NCBI GenBank assembly: GCA_963822945.1
Contig: CAWGJO010000033.1
Location: 42,344-106,343 of the forward strand
Direction of reading: 5' to 3'
Source: an uncultured Gemmatimonadaceae bacterium
Lineage (GTDB): Bacteria > Gemmatimonadota > Gemmatimonadetes > Gemmatimonadales > Gemmatimonadaceae
DNA: 64,000 bases
Shown piece after piece: positions 21,586 through 31,811 of the stretch. Position numbers and translations under genes: made by a program. The notes under the pieces were generated by a model. That model saw only the letters and a program-made list of their open reading frames with translations, was not told the origin of the DNA and did not search any database. How positions within the stretch are numbered: position 1 is the stretch's first letter; each line of letters opens with the position of its first letter.

Positions 21586-22080
21586 ATGGATCCCCGTGCC
21601 GTCGCACCTGCCGAAATCCTCCGCATCAACACCAAACTCTTCCGCAACTGCCTGCACGGGATGAGTCAGGCGCAGGCGGAGGCGCGTCCCTCCGGCGAGA
21701 CCAACAGCGCGCTGTGGGTGGCCGCGCACATGGTGAAGGCGCGCTACGGACTGCTGAAGTGGCTCGGCGCGGAGCGCCCGAATCCGTTGCCGGCGGGGTT
21801 GATGACGGCCAAGAGCATCGACGAGGTGAACGCATGGCCGCCGGTGGCCGACGTCCTCGCCGCGTGGACCGAGGCCTCGCACGCTCTGCGCGACCGGCTG
21901 TCGGCGATGACCGCGGCGCAGTTGAGCACGCCGGTGGACGTGCGGTTCCCGGTGTTCGAGCAGACCACGTTCGCGCTGCTCACCTTCATGGTGCAGCACG
22001 ATACCTATCATCTCGGCCAGCTCTCGGCGCTGCGGAAGCTCGCCGGGTTGCCGGGGATGAGTTACACCGACCCCTCGTAG
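21586..22080 (+). CDS. DinB family protein
   Basis: NSALWVAAH and HDTYHLGQL His triad. Confidence 0.8.
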   Translation: MDPRAVAPAEILRINTKLFRNCLHGMSQAQAEARPSGETNSALWVAAHMVKARYGLLKWLGAERPNPLPAGLMTAKSIDEVNAWPPVADVLAAWTEASHALRDRLSAMTAAQLSTPVDVRFPVFEQTTFALLTFMVQHDTYHLGQLSALRKLAGLPGMSYTDPS

Positions 22081-22091
22081 CCCCGCCGCCG

Positions 22092-23063
22092 ATGCCCTCA
22101 TTGTCCCGTCGCGAATTCATCGCCACCTCCGGAAGCTGCGCCGCGCACCTCGCGCTCGCCGCCGCCGTCTCGCCGCGGATTCTCCGCGACCTCTGGGCCG
22201 CGCGCCCGCTGGGTCCGGTCGTTGCCACGGCGCCCTTTGCCCGCATCGAGCGCGTGGGTGAGAACATCTGGGCGCTCGTGTCCACGCCCCTCGGCGGCGA
22301 CTACACCACCGTGTCCAATGGCGGCATCATTGCCGGCCGGAACGCCGTGCTCGCCATCGAGGGGTTCCAGACACCCAAGGGCGCCGCGTGGCTGGCCGAA
22401 CAGGCGCATGCGCTCACCGGCCGCTGGCCCACGCACGTGCTCGTGACCCACTACCACTCCGACCACTCCAACGGCGTGGCGGGCTACGTGACGGCCGATC
22501 ACCACCCGGAACTGAGCGTCACGCAGATCACGCGCGACGAGGCGATCGCGCGCAACAAACCGGCGGACGCCGACCGCACGGCCGCGCTGAACGATGCCGT
22601 GCTCATGTCGCCCACCGACTCGGCTACCCTCGACCTCGGCGGCCGCAGCATCCGCGTCGTGCCCCAACTCGGCCACACCGACAGCGATGTGGCGCTGGAA
22701 CTCGACGACGCGAACCTCGTGTTCACCGGCGATCTGTTCTGGAACGCGATGTTTCCGAACTACGTGGACGCCATTCCGAGCAAGCTCTCGGCGTCGGTGC
22801 GCGTGTTGCGCGCGCGGAACGCGGCGACGTACGTGCCGGGGCACGGGGCGGTGGGTACACCGGCCGACCTCGATCGGTACACCGCGATGATCGACGACGT
22901 GGAACGCGCGGCGCGGAAGGCGCACGCCGCCGGCACGAGCGCCGGCGACGCGGCCGCCGCCTACACCATTCCGGCATCCACCGGGGAGTGGACGATGTTC
23001 GGTAAGACGTTCGTCGAGCGTGCGTTCACGGCCTGGTACCGCGAGCTCGGAGGGGCGGGGTGA
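22092..23063 (+). CDS. Tat-exported MBL-fold metallo-hydrolase
   Basis: SRREF signal, THYHSDH, GHT, FTGD, VPGHG. Confidence 0.88.
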   Translation: MPSLSRREFIATSGSCAAHLALAAAVSPRILRDLWAARPLGPVVATAPFARIERVGENIWALVSTPLGGDYTTVSNGGIIAGRNAVLAIEGFQTPKGAAWLAEQAHALTGRWPTHVLVTHYHSDHSNGVAGYVTADHHPELSVTQITRDEAIARNKPADADRTAALNDAVLMSPTDSATLDLGGRSIRVVPQLGHTDSDVALELDDANLVFTGDLFWNAMFPNYVDAIPSKLSASVRVLRARNAATYVPGHGAVGTPADLDRYTAMIDDVERAARKAHAAGTSAGDAAAAYTIPASTGEWTMFGKTFVERAFTAWYRELGGAG

Positions 23064-23803
23064 CGCTCGGGTCCAAGGCGGATCTCAATGGCATGCGCCG
23101 CGTCGGCCGCCTGGTGGCCGACGCCCACGCGTTCCTCGCGCGGCAGGTAGCCGTGGGCATGACCACCGCCGAGCTGGACGAACGCGGGGCGAAGTTCATT
23201 CGCGCGCGCGGCGGGCGCTCGGCCCCGCAGCTCACCTACCGGTTCCCCGGCTTCAATCTCATCAGCGTCAACGACCAGATCGTGCACGGCGTGCCGGGCG
23301 ACCGCGTGTTGGCGCGCGGCGATCTGGTGAAGCTCGACATCACCGTGGAGCTGGACGGGTTCGTGGCCGACGCCGCGCGCACCATCGCGCTGCCCGGAGC
23401 GCCGGCGGTGGCGCGGCGGCTCATGCGGTGCGTGCGGCGTGCGTTCACCGCCGCCATGGCCGAGGCGCGCGATGGCCGCCCGGTGCGCGGCATCGGCCGC
23501 GCCATCGAGCACGAGGTGGTGCGCGACGGGTTCGCCGTGGTGCGGGAACTCACGGGGCATGGGGTGGGGCGCACCATCCACGAGTCGCCCACCGTGCTGA
23601 ACTACGAAGACCCGCGTGACCGCGCGGTGCTGCACGAGGGGATGGTGCTGGCCGTCGAACCGATCATCACCGAACGCCCGTCCCGCACCGTGGAGGAGCG
23701 TGACGGATGGACCATCCGGTCGCGCAACCACGCCCTGTCGGCGCATTACGAGAATACCATCGTCGTCCGGCAGGGACGCCCGCTCATCCTCACCGCGGCG
23801 TAA
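23060..23803 (+). CDS. map: Type I methionyl aminopeptidase
   Basis: SVNDQIVHGVP, KLD..GFVAD, GHGVG..IHE, AVEP, SAHYENT; GTGA overlap with upstream gene. Confidence 0.92.
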   Translation: MTLGSKADLNGMRRVGRLVADAHAFLARQVAVGMTTAELDERGAKFIRARGGRSAPQLTYRFPGFNLISVNDQIVHGVPGDRVLARGDLVKLDITVELDGFVADAARTIALPGAPAVARRLMRCVRRAFTAAMAEARDGRPVRGIGRAIEHEVVRDGFAVVRELTGHGVGRTIHESPTVLNYEDPRDRAVLHEGMVLAVEPIITERPSRTVEERDGWTIRSRNHALSAHYENTIVVRQGRPLILTAA

Positions 23804-23924
23804 TCCACGTCACAACCAGAGCGGCAAGTGGCAGGACCTTCAGTTGAACGGCTTCGTTTCGGGGGACGTGCAACAATCGTCCCGATGTGGGGGTAGTCCC
23901 CAGAACCCGCAACGGAGGAGTCGC

Positions 23925-24506
23925 ATGAAGCGTGCATTCGTGAGCATGGCGGTCGTGACCGCATTGATCGGGAGCGTCGCGCCGGCGGCGCACGCCCAGA
24001 GCGGACTTGGGATCAAGGGCGGCGCGACGTTCAGCAACGTCACGACCACCGGCATCAATCCGGGCGCCCTGCAGTCGCGCACCGGCTATTCCATCGGTCT
24101 CGGCTACGAGAGCGGTTCGCCGCTCGGAATCGGGATCGAGGGGCTGTATACGCAGCAGGGTGTCACGAGCACCACGCCCGGCGCGGCGCGCGAGTTGAAC
24201 TACATCGACGTGCCGGTCTATCTGCGGCTGAGCATGCCCATTCCGGGCCTCTCGCCGTTTGCGTACGCGGGACCGCAGGCGTCGTTCGAGATGTCGTGCA
24301 ACGCCGGCGGCAGCAGCTGCCCCGACACCGGCCGTCCGAAGACGACGTACGCCGGCGTTTTCGGCGCCGGCGTACGGGTGATGGGCGGTCTCACGCTCGA
24401 GGGCCGCTACGTCTACGGCCTCACGGACCTCAAGCTGGCCACGGTGCAGAGCATCAACAGCTACAAGAGCCGCACCTTCATGGTGCTGGTCGGCTTCGGG
24501 TTCTAG
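23925..24506 (+). CDS. Outer-membrane beta-barrel (PorT-like) protein
   Basis: GGAGGAG RBS, signal peptide, GIKGG, LNYIDVP, EGRYVYGL, C-terminal VGFGF. Confidence 0.8.
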   Translation: MKRAFVSMAVVTALIGSVAPAAHAQSGLGIKGGATFSNVTTTGINPGALQSRTGYSIGLGYESGSPLGIGIEGLYTQQGVTSTTPGAARELNYIDVPVYLRLSMPIPGLSPFAYAGPQASFEMSCNAGGSSCPDTGRPKTTYAGVFGAGVRVMGGLTLEGRYVYGLTDLKLATVQSINSYKSRTFMVLVGFGF

Positions 24507-24509
24507 TCG

Positions 24510-26795
24510 TCATTTCGCGCGCTCCAGTGTGGAGGCGGCGTCGTTCACCAACGCCGCCTCCGCGCTGAGGGCGTTGGCGATGCGCAGGATCTGCGCATTC
24601 ACGTCGCTCCACTCGCCCTGTTCGATGGCCTCGCGCGCTCCCGGCATCGTCTTCACGCCGTAGCCGGTGTAGAAACCCGGCGCGTAGAGCAGGTGCTTGT
24701 ACCACGGCCGCTTCGGCAGGCCGTCCGGTGACGTGAGGTCACGCTCCGACCTGAGCAGCTGCTCGTTCACTCCGCGCAGCGCCGCCTCCGCCGTATCCGC
24801 GGCCGCGTCCCACGCGCCATAGGCCTTCTCGAACCGCGCCGCGGCGGCGTTCAACGTGTCCACCGCATTGAGCAGCGGCGCGAAGTTGAACTGCGGCGGC
24901 GGCACCTTCACCGCCGGCGCGCCGGTGGGATCCTCGGGATCGCTGACCATCGCGAAGTCGCCGGCCCTGATCGCGCGGTTGGTGGCCTCGATGGCGCGCG
25001 CGCGCTGGTCCCGGAGCTGCTGCAGCTCCGCGGTGTACCGCTGCACCGTCTGCGCCAGGTTGGTATAGACGAAGGGCAGCACGTCGGCATCGGCCAGCCG
25101 CATCACCATCCGGCCGGCCGTCTGCGCCAGCGCCCGGCCGTACACGAACGACGTGTCGCTGAAGTGCGTGTACCAGTAGAAGTCGTCGTAGATGGAATGG
25201 TAGATGCCGCTCTGGTCCTCGCCGCCGAAGCCGAGGTTGAGCGAGGCGATGCCCAGGTGCTGCAGGAAGGGCGTGTAGTCGGAGCCCGAGCCGAGCGCTC
25301 CGATGCGGATGTCGGCGTTGGGCCCGCCGTTGCCGTCCGCACCGCCGCGCCCGCCACCGCCCTCGGCGGCGCGCACCGCCTGCTGCGCCTTGGCGCGCTT
25401 CCACACGCTGACGTGCGCTTCGGGGTCCATCACGTCCTTCTCGGCCTCGTTCACGAACGCCTCGAGCGAGTGCGAGCCCGATGCGCGGAAGAAGCCGCGG
25501 CCGTTGCCGTCGGTGTTGATGTACGCCACCGCGTGCTGCGCCAGCTCGTCGGCGTGCTCCTCCACCCACTCGGTGGAGCCGAGCAGTCCCGGCTCCTCGC
25601 CGTCCCACGCCGCGTAGATGATGGTGCGCTTGGGACGCCAGCCCTGCTTGTACAGTTCACCCAGCGCGCGGGCCTCCTCCAGCTCGGCCACCTGGCCAGA
25701 CAGCGGATCGGCGGCGCCGTTGACCCAGGCGTCGTGGTGGTTGCCGCGGATCACCCACTGGTCGGCCTCGGTGGTGCCGGGCAGCTTGGCGATCACGTCG
25801 TGCAGCGTCTTGAGATCCCAGTTGGACCTGACCACCAGGTGCACGCGGGCCGGGCCCGAGCCCAGGCGATAGGTGATCGGCAGTCCGCCGCGCCAGGCGG
25901 CGGGCGCCACCGGACCGCCCATGGCGGCCAGCAGCGGCTGCGCGTCGCCGTACGAGATGGGCAGCACCGGGATCTTGGTGAGTGTGGGCGCCTGATCCAC
26001 GGGCAGCCGCTTGGCGTCCTTGGTGGCGCCGATGCCCGGCGTGAGCGGATCGCCGGGATACGTCGGCATGTCTTCCACGCTGCCGCGCTGCACGCCTTGC
26101 GGGGGACGCATCGGTCCCTTCGGGAAGACGGCGCCGCCCGCGTACCCGTCGTCGGCCGGGTCGGAATAGATGAGACAGCCCACGGCACCGTGCTCGGCGG
26201 CCACTTTGGGCTTGATGCCGCGCCACGAACCGCCGTACTTGGCGATCACGATCGCGCCCTTCACCGAGATACCGTGCCGGGCCAGCTCGTCGTAGTCGGC
26301 CGGGATGCCGTAGTTCACGAACACCAGCGGGCCGGTCACGTCGCCGTCGGCGGAGTACGCGTTGTAGGTGGGGAGCTGCTCCGACGTCTGGTTGGACGTC
26401 GGATCCTCCGGCACCACCGGCTCCTGCAGCTTGGCGGTGTAGTGCGTGGGGGCGATCATCTCTACCAGCCGCTGCTTCGGCGTCGGGAAGAGCACGTCGA
26501 AGGTCTCGATGTGTGCGTCCCAGCCCCACGACTTGTACTGCGCCAGGATCCACTCGGCGTTCTGCAGGTCGTAGGGCGAGCCCACGTGGTGCGGGCGCGC
26601 CGACAGCAGCTTCATGTTGGCGCGCAGGCGGGCGGGGTCGGGAATGGCGTCGAACTTGGCTTCCCAACTGCGCTCGACACGGGAGGTGGCGGCGGTGAAG
26701 CCGCGCAGCGGCGCCGGCTCGGGGGCGAACCGCGCGGGCAGCAGCGTGAGTCCGCCCAGGGCGGCGAGGACGGGGAGGGTGAGTCGGGGCGTCAT
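24510..26795 (-). CDS. M28 glutamate carboxypeptidase II-like peptidase (PA and TfR-dimerisation domains)
   Basis: GNHHDAW, GAADPLSG, WDGEEPGLLGS, GSGSDYTPF, YHSIYD, RPWYKH. Confidence 0.92.
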   Translation of the reverse strand: MTPRLTLPVLAALGGLTLLPARFAPEPAPLRGFTAATSRVERSWEAKFDAIPDPARLRANMKLLSARPHHVGSPYDLQNAEWILAQYKSWGWDAHIETFDVLFPTPKQRLVEMIAPTHYTAKLQEPVVPEDPTSNQTSEQLPTYNAYSADGDVTGPLVFVNYGIPADYDELARHGISVKGAIVIAKYGGSWRGIKPKVAAEHGAVGCLIYSDPADDGYAGGAVFPKGPMRPPQGVQRGSVEDMPTYPGDPLTPGIGATKDAKRLPVDQAPTLTKIPVLPISYGDAQPLLAAMGGPVAPAAWRGGLPITYRLGSGPARVHLVVRSNWDLKTLHDVIAKLPGTTEADQWVIRGNHHDAWVNGAADPLSGQVAELEEARALGELYKQGWRPKRTIIYAAWDGEEPGLLGSTEWVEEHADELAQHAVAYINTDGNGRGFFRASGSHSLEAFVNEAEKDVMDPEAHVSVWKRAKAQQAVRAAEGGGGRGGADGNGGPNADIRIGALGSGSDYTPFLQHLGIASLNLGFGGEDQSGIYHSIYDDFYWYTHFSDTSFVYGRALAQTAGRMVMRLADADVLPFVYTNLAQTVQRYTAELQQLRDQRARAIEATNRAIRAGDFAMVSDPEDPTGAPAVKVPPPQFNFAPLLNAVDTLNAAAARFEKAYGAWDAAADTAEAALRGVNEQLLRSERDLTSPDGLPKRPWYKHLLYAPGFYTGYGVKTMPGAREAIEQGEWSDVNAQILRIANALSAEAALVNDAASTLERAK

Positions 26796-26936
26796 GGCAG
26801 GGAGGGGTTGTGCGGACAGTGGCGGGCAGGGGGGAACCCGGCCAAATTGGAGCGCCGTCCCGTCCGGCGCCAGACGCACCCGATGGTTCGCCTCTTCGCG
26901 CTCCCCCGCTCGACCTCTCCCCAATCCCCCCGCGGC

Positions 26937-28061
26937 ATGCCTCGCCTCATTCGATTGGCCGTTCCGGCCCTCGTGGTGCTGTGTTCGTCGGTCGCCACCG
27001 CGCAGCAGCGTCCCGACCCCTCCACGGTCGACACGTTCGTGATCGCGAACTTCCGCACCGAGAGCGGCACCGTGCTCCCGTCGGCGCGCGTGGTGTACGG
27101 CACGTACGGGCATCTGAACGCCGCGCACGACAATGCCGTGCTGCTGCCGTCGCACTACATGGCCAACCACCGCGGATACGAATGGCTCATCGGGCCGGGC
27201 CGCGCGCTCGACACCACGCGCCTGTTCCTGGTGGCCACCGAACTTTTCGGCAATGGCCATTCGTCGTCGCCGAGCAATACGCCCGAGCCGTTTCACGGGC
27301 CGCGCTTTCCGGTGACGACCATTCGCGACAACGTCGAGGCGGTCCACCGGCTGCTCACGGAGCGGCTCGGCATCACGCACGTGCGCGCCGTCATCGGGTT
27401 CTCGATGGGGGCGCAGCAGGCATTCCAGTGGGCGGTGAGCTATCCCGACTTCGCCGACCGGGTGGTGGCCACGTCCGGCACCGCCAAGACGTACGGCCAC
27501 GGCATCGTGCGCCTCGAGGGGCAGATCGCGGCGATCACCGCCGACCAGACCTTCAACGGCGGCGACTACACCAGCGAACCCGTGAAGGGAATGCAGGCCT
27601 TCGGGATGGTGTGGGCCGGGTGGCTGTACTCGCAGGAGTGGTGGCGCCGCGAGCTGTGGCGCACCAACACGCCGCCGGGCACGACGTTCGAGCAGGTGGT
27701 GAACAACTTCCGCACCAACTTCCTCAAGGGCGCCGACGCCAACGACGTGATCCTGCAGGCGCGCACCTGGCAGCGGCACGACGTGGGGCAGACACCGGGC
27801 TTCCACGGCAGCGTCGAAGCGGCGCTGCGCTCCATTCGCGTGCCCTTTCTCTACATGCCGTCGGAAACCGACATGTACTTCCCGATCACCGACGCGCGCT
27901 ACGAACAGCAGTTCATGCGCACCGTGTCGTTCGTGCCGATTCCGTCGCTGTGGGGGCACCCGGCGGGCGCGGGCGCGAGCCCGGCCGATCTCGCGTTCCT
28001 GAACGACAAGATCGGCCGCTTTCTGCGCGGGGAGAAGGTGACGGCGGGGCCGGAGCGGTAG
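26937..28061 (+). CDS. Alpha/beta hydrolase, homoserine O-acetyltransferase-like, with signal peptide
   Basis: YGTYGHLN, SSPSN, GFSMGAQQ nucleophile elbow, TDMYFP, WGH. Confidence 0.8.
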   Translation: MPRLIRLAVPALVVLCSSVATAQQRPDPSTVDTFVIANFRTESGTVLPSARVVYGTYGHLNAAHDNAVLLPSHYMANHRGYEWLIGPGRALDTTRLFLVATELFGNGHSSSPSNTPEPFHGPRFPVTTIRDNVEAVHRLLTERLGITHVRAVIGFSMGAQQAFQWAVSYPDFADRVVATSGTAKTYGHGIVRLEGQIAAITADQTFNGGDYTSEPVKGMQAFGMVWAGWLYSQEWWRRELWRTNTPPGTTFEQVVNNFRTNFLKGADANDVILQARTWQRHDVGQTPGFHGSVEAALRSIRVPFLYMPSETDMYFPITDARYEQQFMRTVSFVPIPSLWGHPAGAGASPADLAFLNDKIGRFLRGEKVTAGPER

Positions 28062-28069
28062 GACCGCGC

Positions 28070-28636
28070 ATGGCGCAGGAGTCACCGAGCGCTCGGGGCA
28101 CCGCGCAGCTCACGCGCAACGCGCGCCTGGGGTTGCTCGTGCTGCTGGCGGTCTACGGGGTGGTGTGCTACCGGAGCCCGATGTCCGGGCACCTCATCGA
28201 CAGTGTCGACCTCGCCATCCACGAGACCGGGCACCTGGTGTTCGCGCCGTTCGGCGAGGTGATCCAGTTCGCGGGCGGCACGCTCTTCCAGTTGATCGTG
28301 CCGCTGACCTTTCTCGCCTACTTTCTGCGCTTCGGGCCCAAGCGCGACGACTTCGCGGCGTCGGTGATGTTGTGGTGGGTTGCCGTCAATCTCTGGAACA
28401 TCGGCGTGTACATGGCCGACGCGCGCACGCAGGCGCTGCCGCTGGTGGGCGGCGGCGAGCACGACTGGGCGTACCTGTTCGGGCACTTCGGCCTGCTCGC
28501 CCACGACACCTCCATTGCCGCGAGCGTGCGCGGACTGGGCACGCTGATCTTCCTGATCGCGCTGATCCGGGGCTACCTGGCGGCCGTCCGCGCGCCGGCG
28601 GAGGACGAGGTGGACGGAGAAGCCGGCGCGCGGTAA
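28070..28636 (+). CDS. Membrane protein with HExxH motif (M50-like zinc peptidase candidate)
   Basis: IHETGHLVF, GGTLFQL, YMADAR, HDW; about four hydrophobic segments. Confidence 0.7.
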   Translation: MAQESPSARGTAQLTRNARLGLLVLLAVYGVVCYRSPMSGHLIDSVDLAIHETGHLVFAPFGEVIQFAGGTLFQLIVPLTFLAYFLRFGPKRDDFAASVMLWWVAVNLWNIGVYMADARTQALPLVGGGEHDWAYLFGHFGLLAHDTSIAASVRGLGTLIFLIALIRGYLAAVRAPAEDEVDGEAGAR

Positions 28637-28645
28637 GCTCTCCGC

Positions 28646-30106
28646 ATGCCTACCACTCGAGTCTTCCGTTCCCCCCGCGTCGCAAGCCTCGCGGCCGCGG
28701 CGACCGCCTGTCTGTTCGTCGCCGCCGCGGTGGCGCCAGCCGCTGCCCAGCGTCCCACGCTCTCCCGCAACGTGATGCAGTACGTGAGCGTCGACACGAC
28801 CGTCGTCGCGCTGACGCACGTGCGCGTGATCGACGGTACCGGCGCCGCACCCCGGGAAGATCAGACGCTCATTCTGCGCGACGGGAACATCGCCGCGATG
28901 GGCCCCGCCGGCTCGGTGCCGGTTCCCGCCGGCGCGCAGGTCATGGACCTCACGGGCAAGTCGGTGATCCCGGGGCTCGTGATGATGCACGAGCATCTGT
29001 TCTATCCGTCGGGGCCGGGCGTGTACGGCAGCGACTTCGTGAGCTTCCCGCGACTGTACCTGGCGGGGGGCGTCACCACGATGCGCACCACCGGCAACGT
29101 GAGCGGCTACGGCGACCTGCGCATGGCCGCGGCCATCAAGGCGGGCGACCAGCCCGGGCCCTGGATCGACGCCACGGCGCCGTACGTGCAGGGGCCGTCG
29201 CCCTTCTTCCAGATGTATGCGCTCAAGGACTCGGCGGACGCGCGCCGCTACGTGAACTTCTGGGCCGACGCGGGCGCCACGTCGTTCAAGGCGTACATGA
29301 ACATCACGCGCCCCGAACTGGCGGCGGCCATCGATGCCGCGCACAAGCGCGGGCTCAAGGTCACCGGGCACCTTTGCTCCGTGACCTACCGCGAGGCGGC
29401 GGACCTCGGCATCGACGATCTCGAGCACGGCTTCTTCGTGTCCACGGACTTCGTGAAGAACAAGCAGCCCGACCTCTGTCCGGGGCAGGCCCAGGGGATG
29501 CAGGCACTGGCCACCGTCGACACGGGCAGCCCGGCATTCAAGTCGCTCGTGCAGCACCTCGTGGCCAAGCACGTCGCCATCACGTCCACGCTCACCGTGT
29601 TCGAGACCTTCACGCCCGGGCAGCCGATTCCGCCCGGCATCGACGTGCTCGATCCGATTCTCAAGGAACAGTTCCTGAAGAACTACGAGCGGACGCAGAG
29701 CCGGCCCGACTCGCCGTACCGAAAGCTGTTCGCCGAGGACCGGGCCATGGAGGTGGCATTCGTGCGGGCGGGCGGGTTGCTGCTCGCCGGCACCGACCCC
29801 ACGGGCGGCGGCGGCGTGATTCCCGGCTATTCCGACCAGCGCCAGGTGGAACTGCTCGTGGGCAGTGGCTTCACGCCGCTCGAGGCCATCAAGATCTGCA
29901 CCCTGAACGGCGCCACATACCTGGGCCGCGCCGATCGCATCGGGTCAATCGCCGCCGGCAAGCAGGCCGACCTGGTGGTGATCGACGGCAATCCGGCGGC
30001 GAACATCGACGACATCGCGAAGGTGGAGCTCGTGTTCAAGCAGGGCGTGGGGTACGACCCGGCCAAGCTGATCGGGTCGGTGAAGGGGAGGGTCGGGTTG
30101 TATTGA
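28646..30106 (+). CDS. Exported amidohydrolase family protein
   Basis: PGLVMMHEH, GVTTMR, KAY, GH, LEH, AGTD, GKQADLV. Confidence 0.9.
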   Translation: MPTTRVFRSPRVASLAAAATACLFVAAAVAPAAAQRPTLSRNVMQYVSVDTTVVALTHVRVIDGTGAAPREDQTLILRDGNIAAMGPAGSVPVPAGAQVMDLTGKSVIPGLVMMHEHLFYPSGPGVYGSDFVSFPRLYLAGGVTTMRTTGNVSGYGDLRMAAAIKAGDQPGPWIDATAPYVQGPSPFFQMYALKDSADARRYVNFWADAGATSFKAYMNITRPELAAAIDAAHKRGLKVTGHLCSVTYREAADLGIDDLEHGFFVSTDFVKNKQPDLCPGQAQGMQALATVDTGSPAFKSLVQHLVAKHVAITSTLTVFETFTPGQPIPPGIDVLDPILKEQFLKNYERTQSRPDSPYRKLFAEDRAMEVAFVRAGGLLLAGTDPTGGGGVIPGYSDQRQVELLVGSGFTPLEAIKICTLNGATYLGRADRIGSIAAGKQADLVVIDGNPAANIDDIAKVELVFKQGVGYDPAKLIGSVKGRVGLY

Positions 30107-30156
30107 GGGTCGGACAGTCGGACAGTCGGACGGTCGGACGGTGAGGCGGTGAGGTC
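30107..30156. repeat. 8-bp tandem repeat GACAGTCG decaying to GRCGGTGA
   Basis: Fills the whole intergenic gap. Confidence 0.85.
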
Positions 30157-30906
30157 GTGACGCGCTGGCCGGCGTATCTCGCCGAGTTGATCGGCACGGC
30201 GCTGCTGATTCTCGTCGGGTTGTCGTTCGTCATTCTCGACTTCGGCGCCGGCAGCCCGGTAGTTGCGGCCATTCCCGATCCGCTGCTCCGCCGGGCGCTG
30301 ACCGGATTGCTGTTCGGGGCCACCGGCGCGGCCATCGCCGTGTCGCGCGTGGGCAAGATCAGCGGCGCTCACATCAATCCGGTGGTCACGCTCGCCTTTC
30401 GTCTCCAGGGCACGCTCTCCACGCGCGACACGATCGGGTATACCGTGGCGCAATTCGCCGGCGCACTGCTCGGCGCGCTGCCCCTGCTGCTCTGGGGCAC
30501 GATGGGGCGGAGCGTGGCGTTCGGGAGCACCGTCCCGGGGACCGGCTATTCCGTGTGGGCCGCGCTCGGCGGCGAGCTCGTGACCACCGCGGCGCTCATC
30601 ATCGGGCTGTTCGTGTTCATCGGGCACGGGACGCTCCGGCGGTACACGCCGCTGCTCTTTCCCGTGTTGTACGCCGTGATGGTCGCCGTGGAAGCCCCGC
30701 TGTCGGGCACCAGCACGAACCCGGCCCGTACCTTCGGGCCGGCCGTCGTCGCCGGCGTGTGGAGCGGGTGGTGGATCTATCTCGCGGGTCCCGTGGCCGG
30801 CACGCTGGTGGGGCTCGCGATCTTCCGGACGCGGTGGTTCGCCAGGTTCGAGGTCGACGTGGCCAAGGTCTACCACTTCACCTACCGGGCCAACTCCCGT
30901 CAGTAG
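30157..30906 (+). CDS. MIP/aquaporin family channel
   Basis: [20 protein letters not shown]. Confidence 0.9.
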   Translation: MTRWPAYLAELIGTALLILVGLSFVILDFGAGSPVVAAIPDPLLRRALTGLLFGATGAAIAVSRVGKISGAHINPVVTLAFRLQGTLSTRDTIGYTVAQFAGALLGALPLLLWGTMGRSVAFGSTVPGTGYSVWAALGGELVTTAALIIGLFVFIGHGTLRRYTPLLFPVLYAVMVAVEAPLSGTSTNPARTFGPAVVAGVWSGWWIYLAGPVAGTLVGLAIFRTRWFARFEVDVAKVYHFTYRANSRQ

Positions 30907-31724
30907 GACGGCCGGTCCAGCTTTGCCGCCTGCATGATGGTGGCCGACAGCTCCTCGATCGACTTGGTCGAGGAGTCGAGCCACTGGATGCACTCGCGCG
31001 TCATCATGTGCTTGGCGGCCTCCACCTCGTAGCGGCAGTTCTCGATCGAGGCGTAGGTGCTGTTGGGGCGGCGGGCGTGGCGGATGCTCGACAGACGGTC
31101 GGGGCTGATCGAGAGTCCGAACAGCTTTGCCCGGTGCGACGCCAGGTCGTCGGGCAGCTTTTTCCGCTCGAAATCCTCGGGAATGAGCGGGAAGTTGGCC
31201 GCCTTCACGCCGAACTGGAGCGCCAGGTAGAGGCTCGTGGGCGTCTTGCCGCTGCGGGAGACCCCGACCAGGATGATGTCGGCCTGGTCGAGGTCCGTGC
31301 TCGTGACCCCGTCGTCGTGCGCCAGCGTGAAGTTCACGGCGTCGATGCGGTTGGTGTAGTCGAGACTGGTCGCCACCTTCCGGGATTTCCCGATGGCATG
31401 AGAACTGCGAGCATGGAATTCTGCCTCCAGCGGGGCAATGAAGGTCGAGAAGAAATCGAGGATCAGGGCGTCGGCCTCACGCAGCCGGTCCGCCACCTCG
31501 GGATTCACGAGCGTCGAGATCACGACGGGGCGGACGCCGTCCAGCGCCTGGGCAGCGCGAATCTGCGCCACGCAGTCCAGGACCTTCTCGGCGCTGTCCA
31601 CGAAGGGGATGCGCACCTGTCGGAAGGTGATCCCTTCGAATTGGGAGAGCAGGCTGTGTCCCAACGACTCGGCGGTGATGCCGGTGCCGTCGGAGATGAA
31701 GAAGACGGTGCGCTTCGCGGCCAT
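30900..31724 (-). CDS. ppsR: PEP synthase regulatory protein (kinase/pyrophosphorylase)
   Basis: [31 protein letters not shown]; divergent from ppsA. Confidence 0.93.
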   Translation of the reverse strand: MAAKRTVFFISDGTGITAESLGHSLLSQFEGITFRQVRIPFVDSAEKVLDCVAQIRAAQALDGVRPVVISTLVNPEVADRLREADALILDFFSTFIAPLEAEFHARSSHAIGKSRKVATSLDYTNRIDAVNFTLAHDDGVTSTDLDQADIILVGVSRSGKTPTSLYLALQFGVKAANFPLIPEDFERKKLPDDLASHRAKLFGLSISPDRLSSIRHARRPNSTYASIENCRYEVEAAKHMMTRECIQWLDSSTKSIEELSATIMQAAKLDRPSY

Positions 31725-31811
31725 GAAAGTGGGACTCGCGTGCTGATGGGTTAGACTAATTGTAGCGCTTCGCAGACTGAAATCCCCAATCAAGACCTAG
31801 GACTGCCGGCA

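Noticed and set aside
23888..23902. TGGGG-N5-CCCCA palindrome upstream of the porin gene
   Set aside because: Too short to be significant at this GC content without further copies
18910..28085. Apparent giant fusion ORFs (18910-22080, 21543-23063, 24510-28085, 25164-28061)
   Set aside because: Stop-poor frames run through intergenic or antisense DNA into real genes that have their own internal starts and signal peptides
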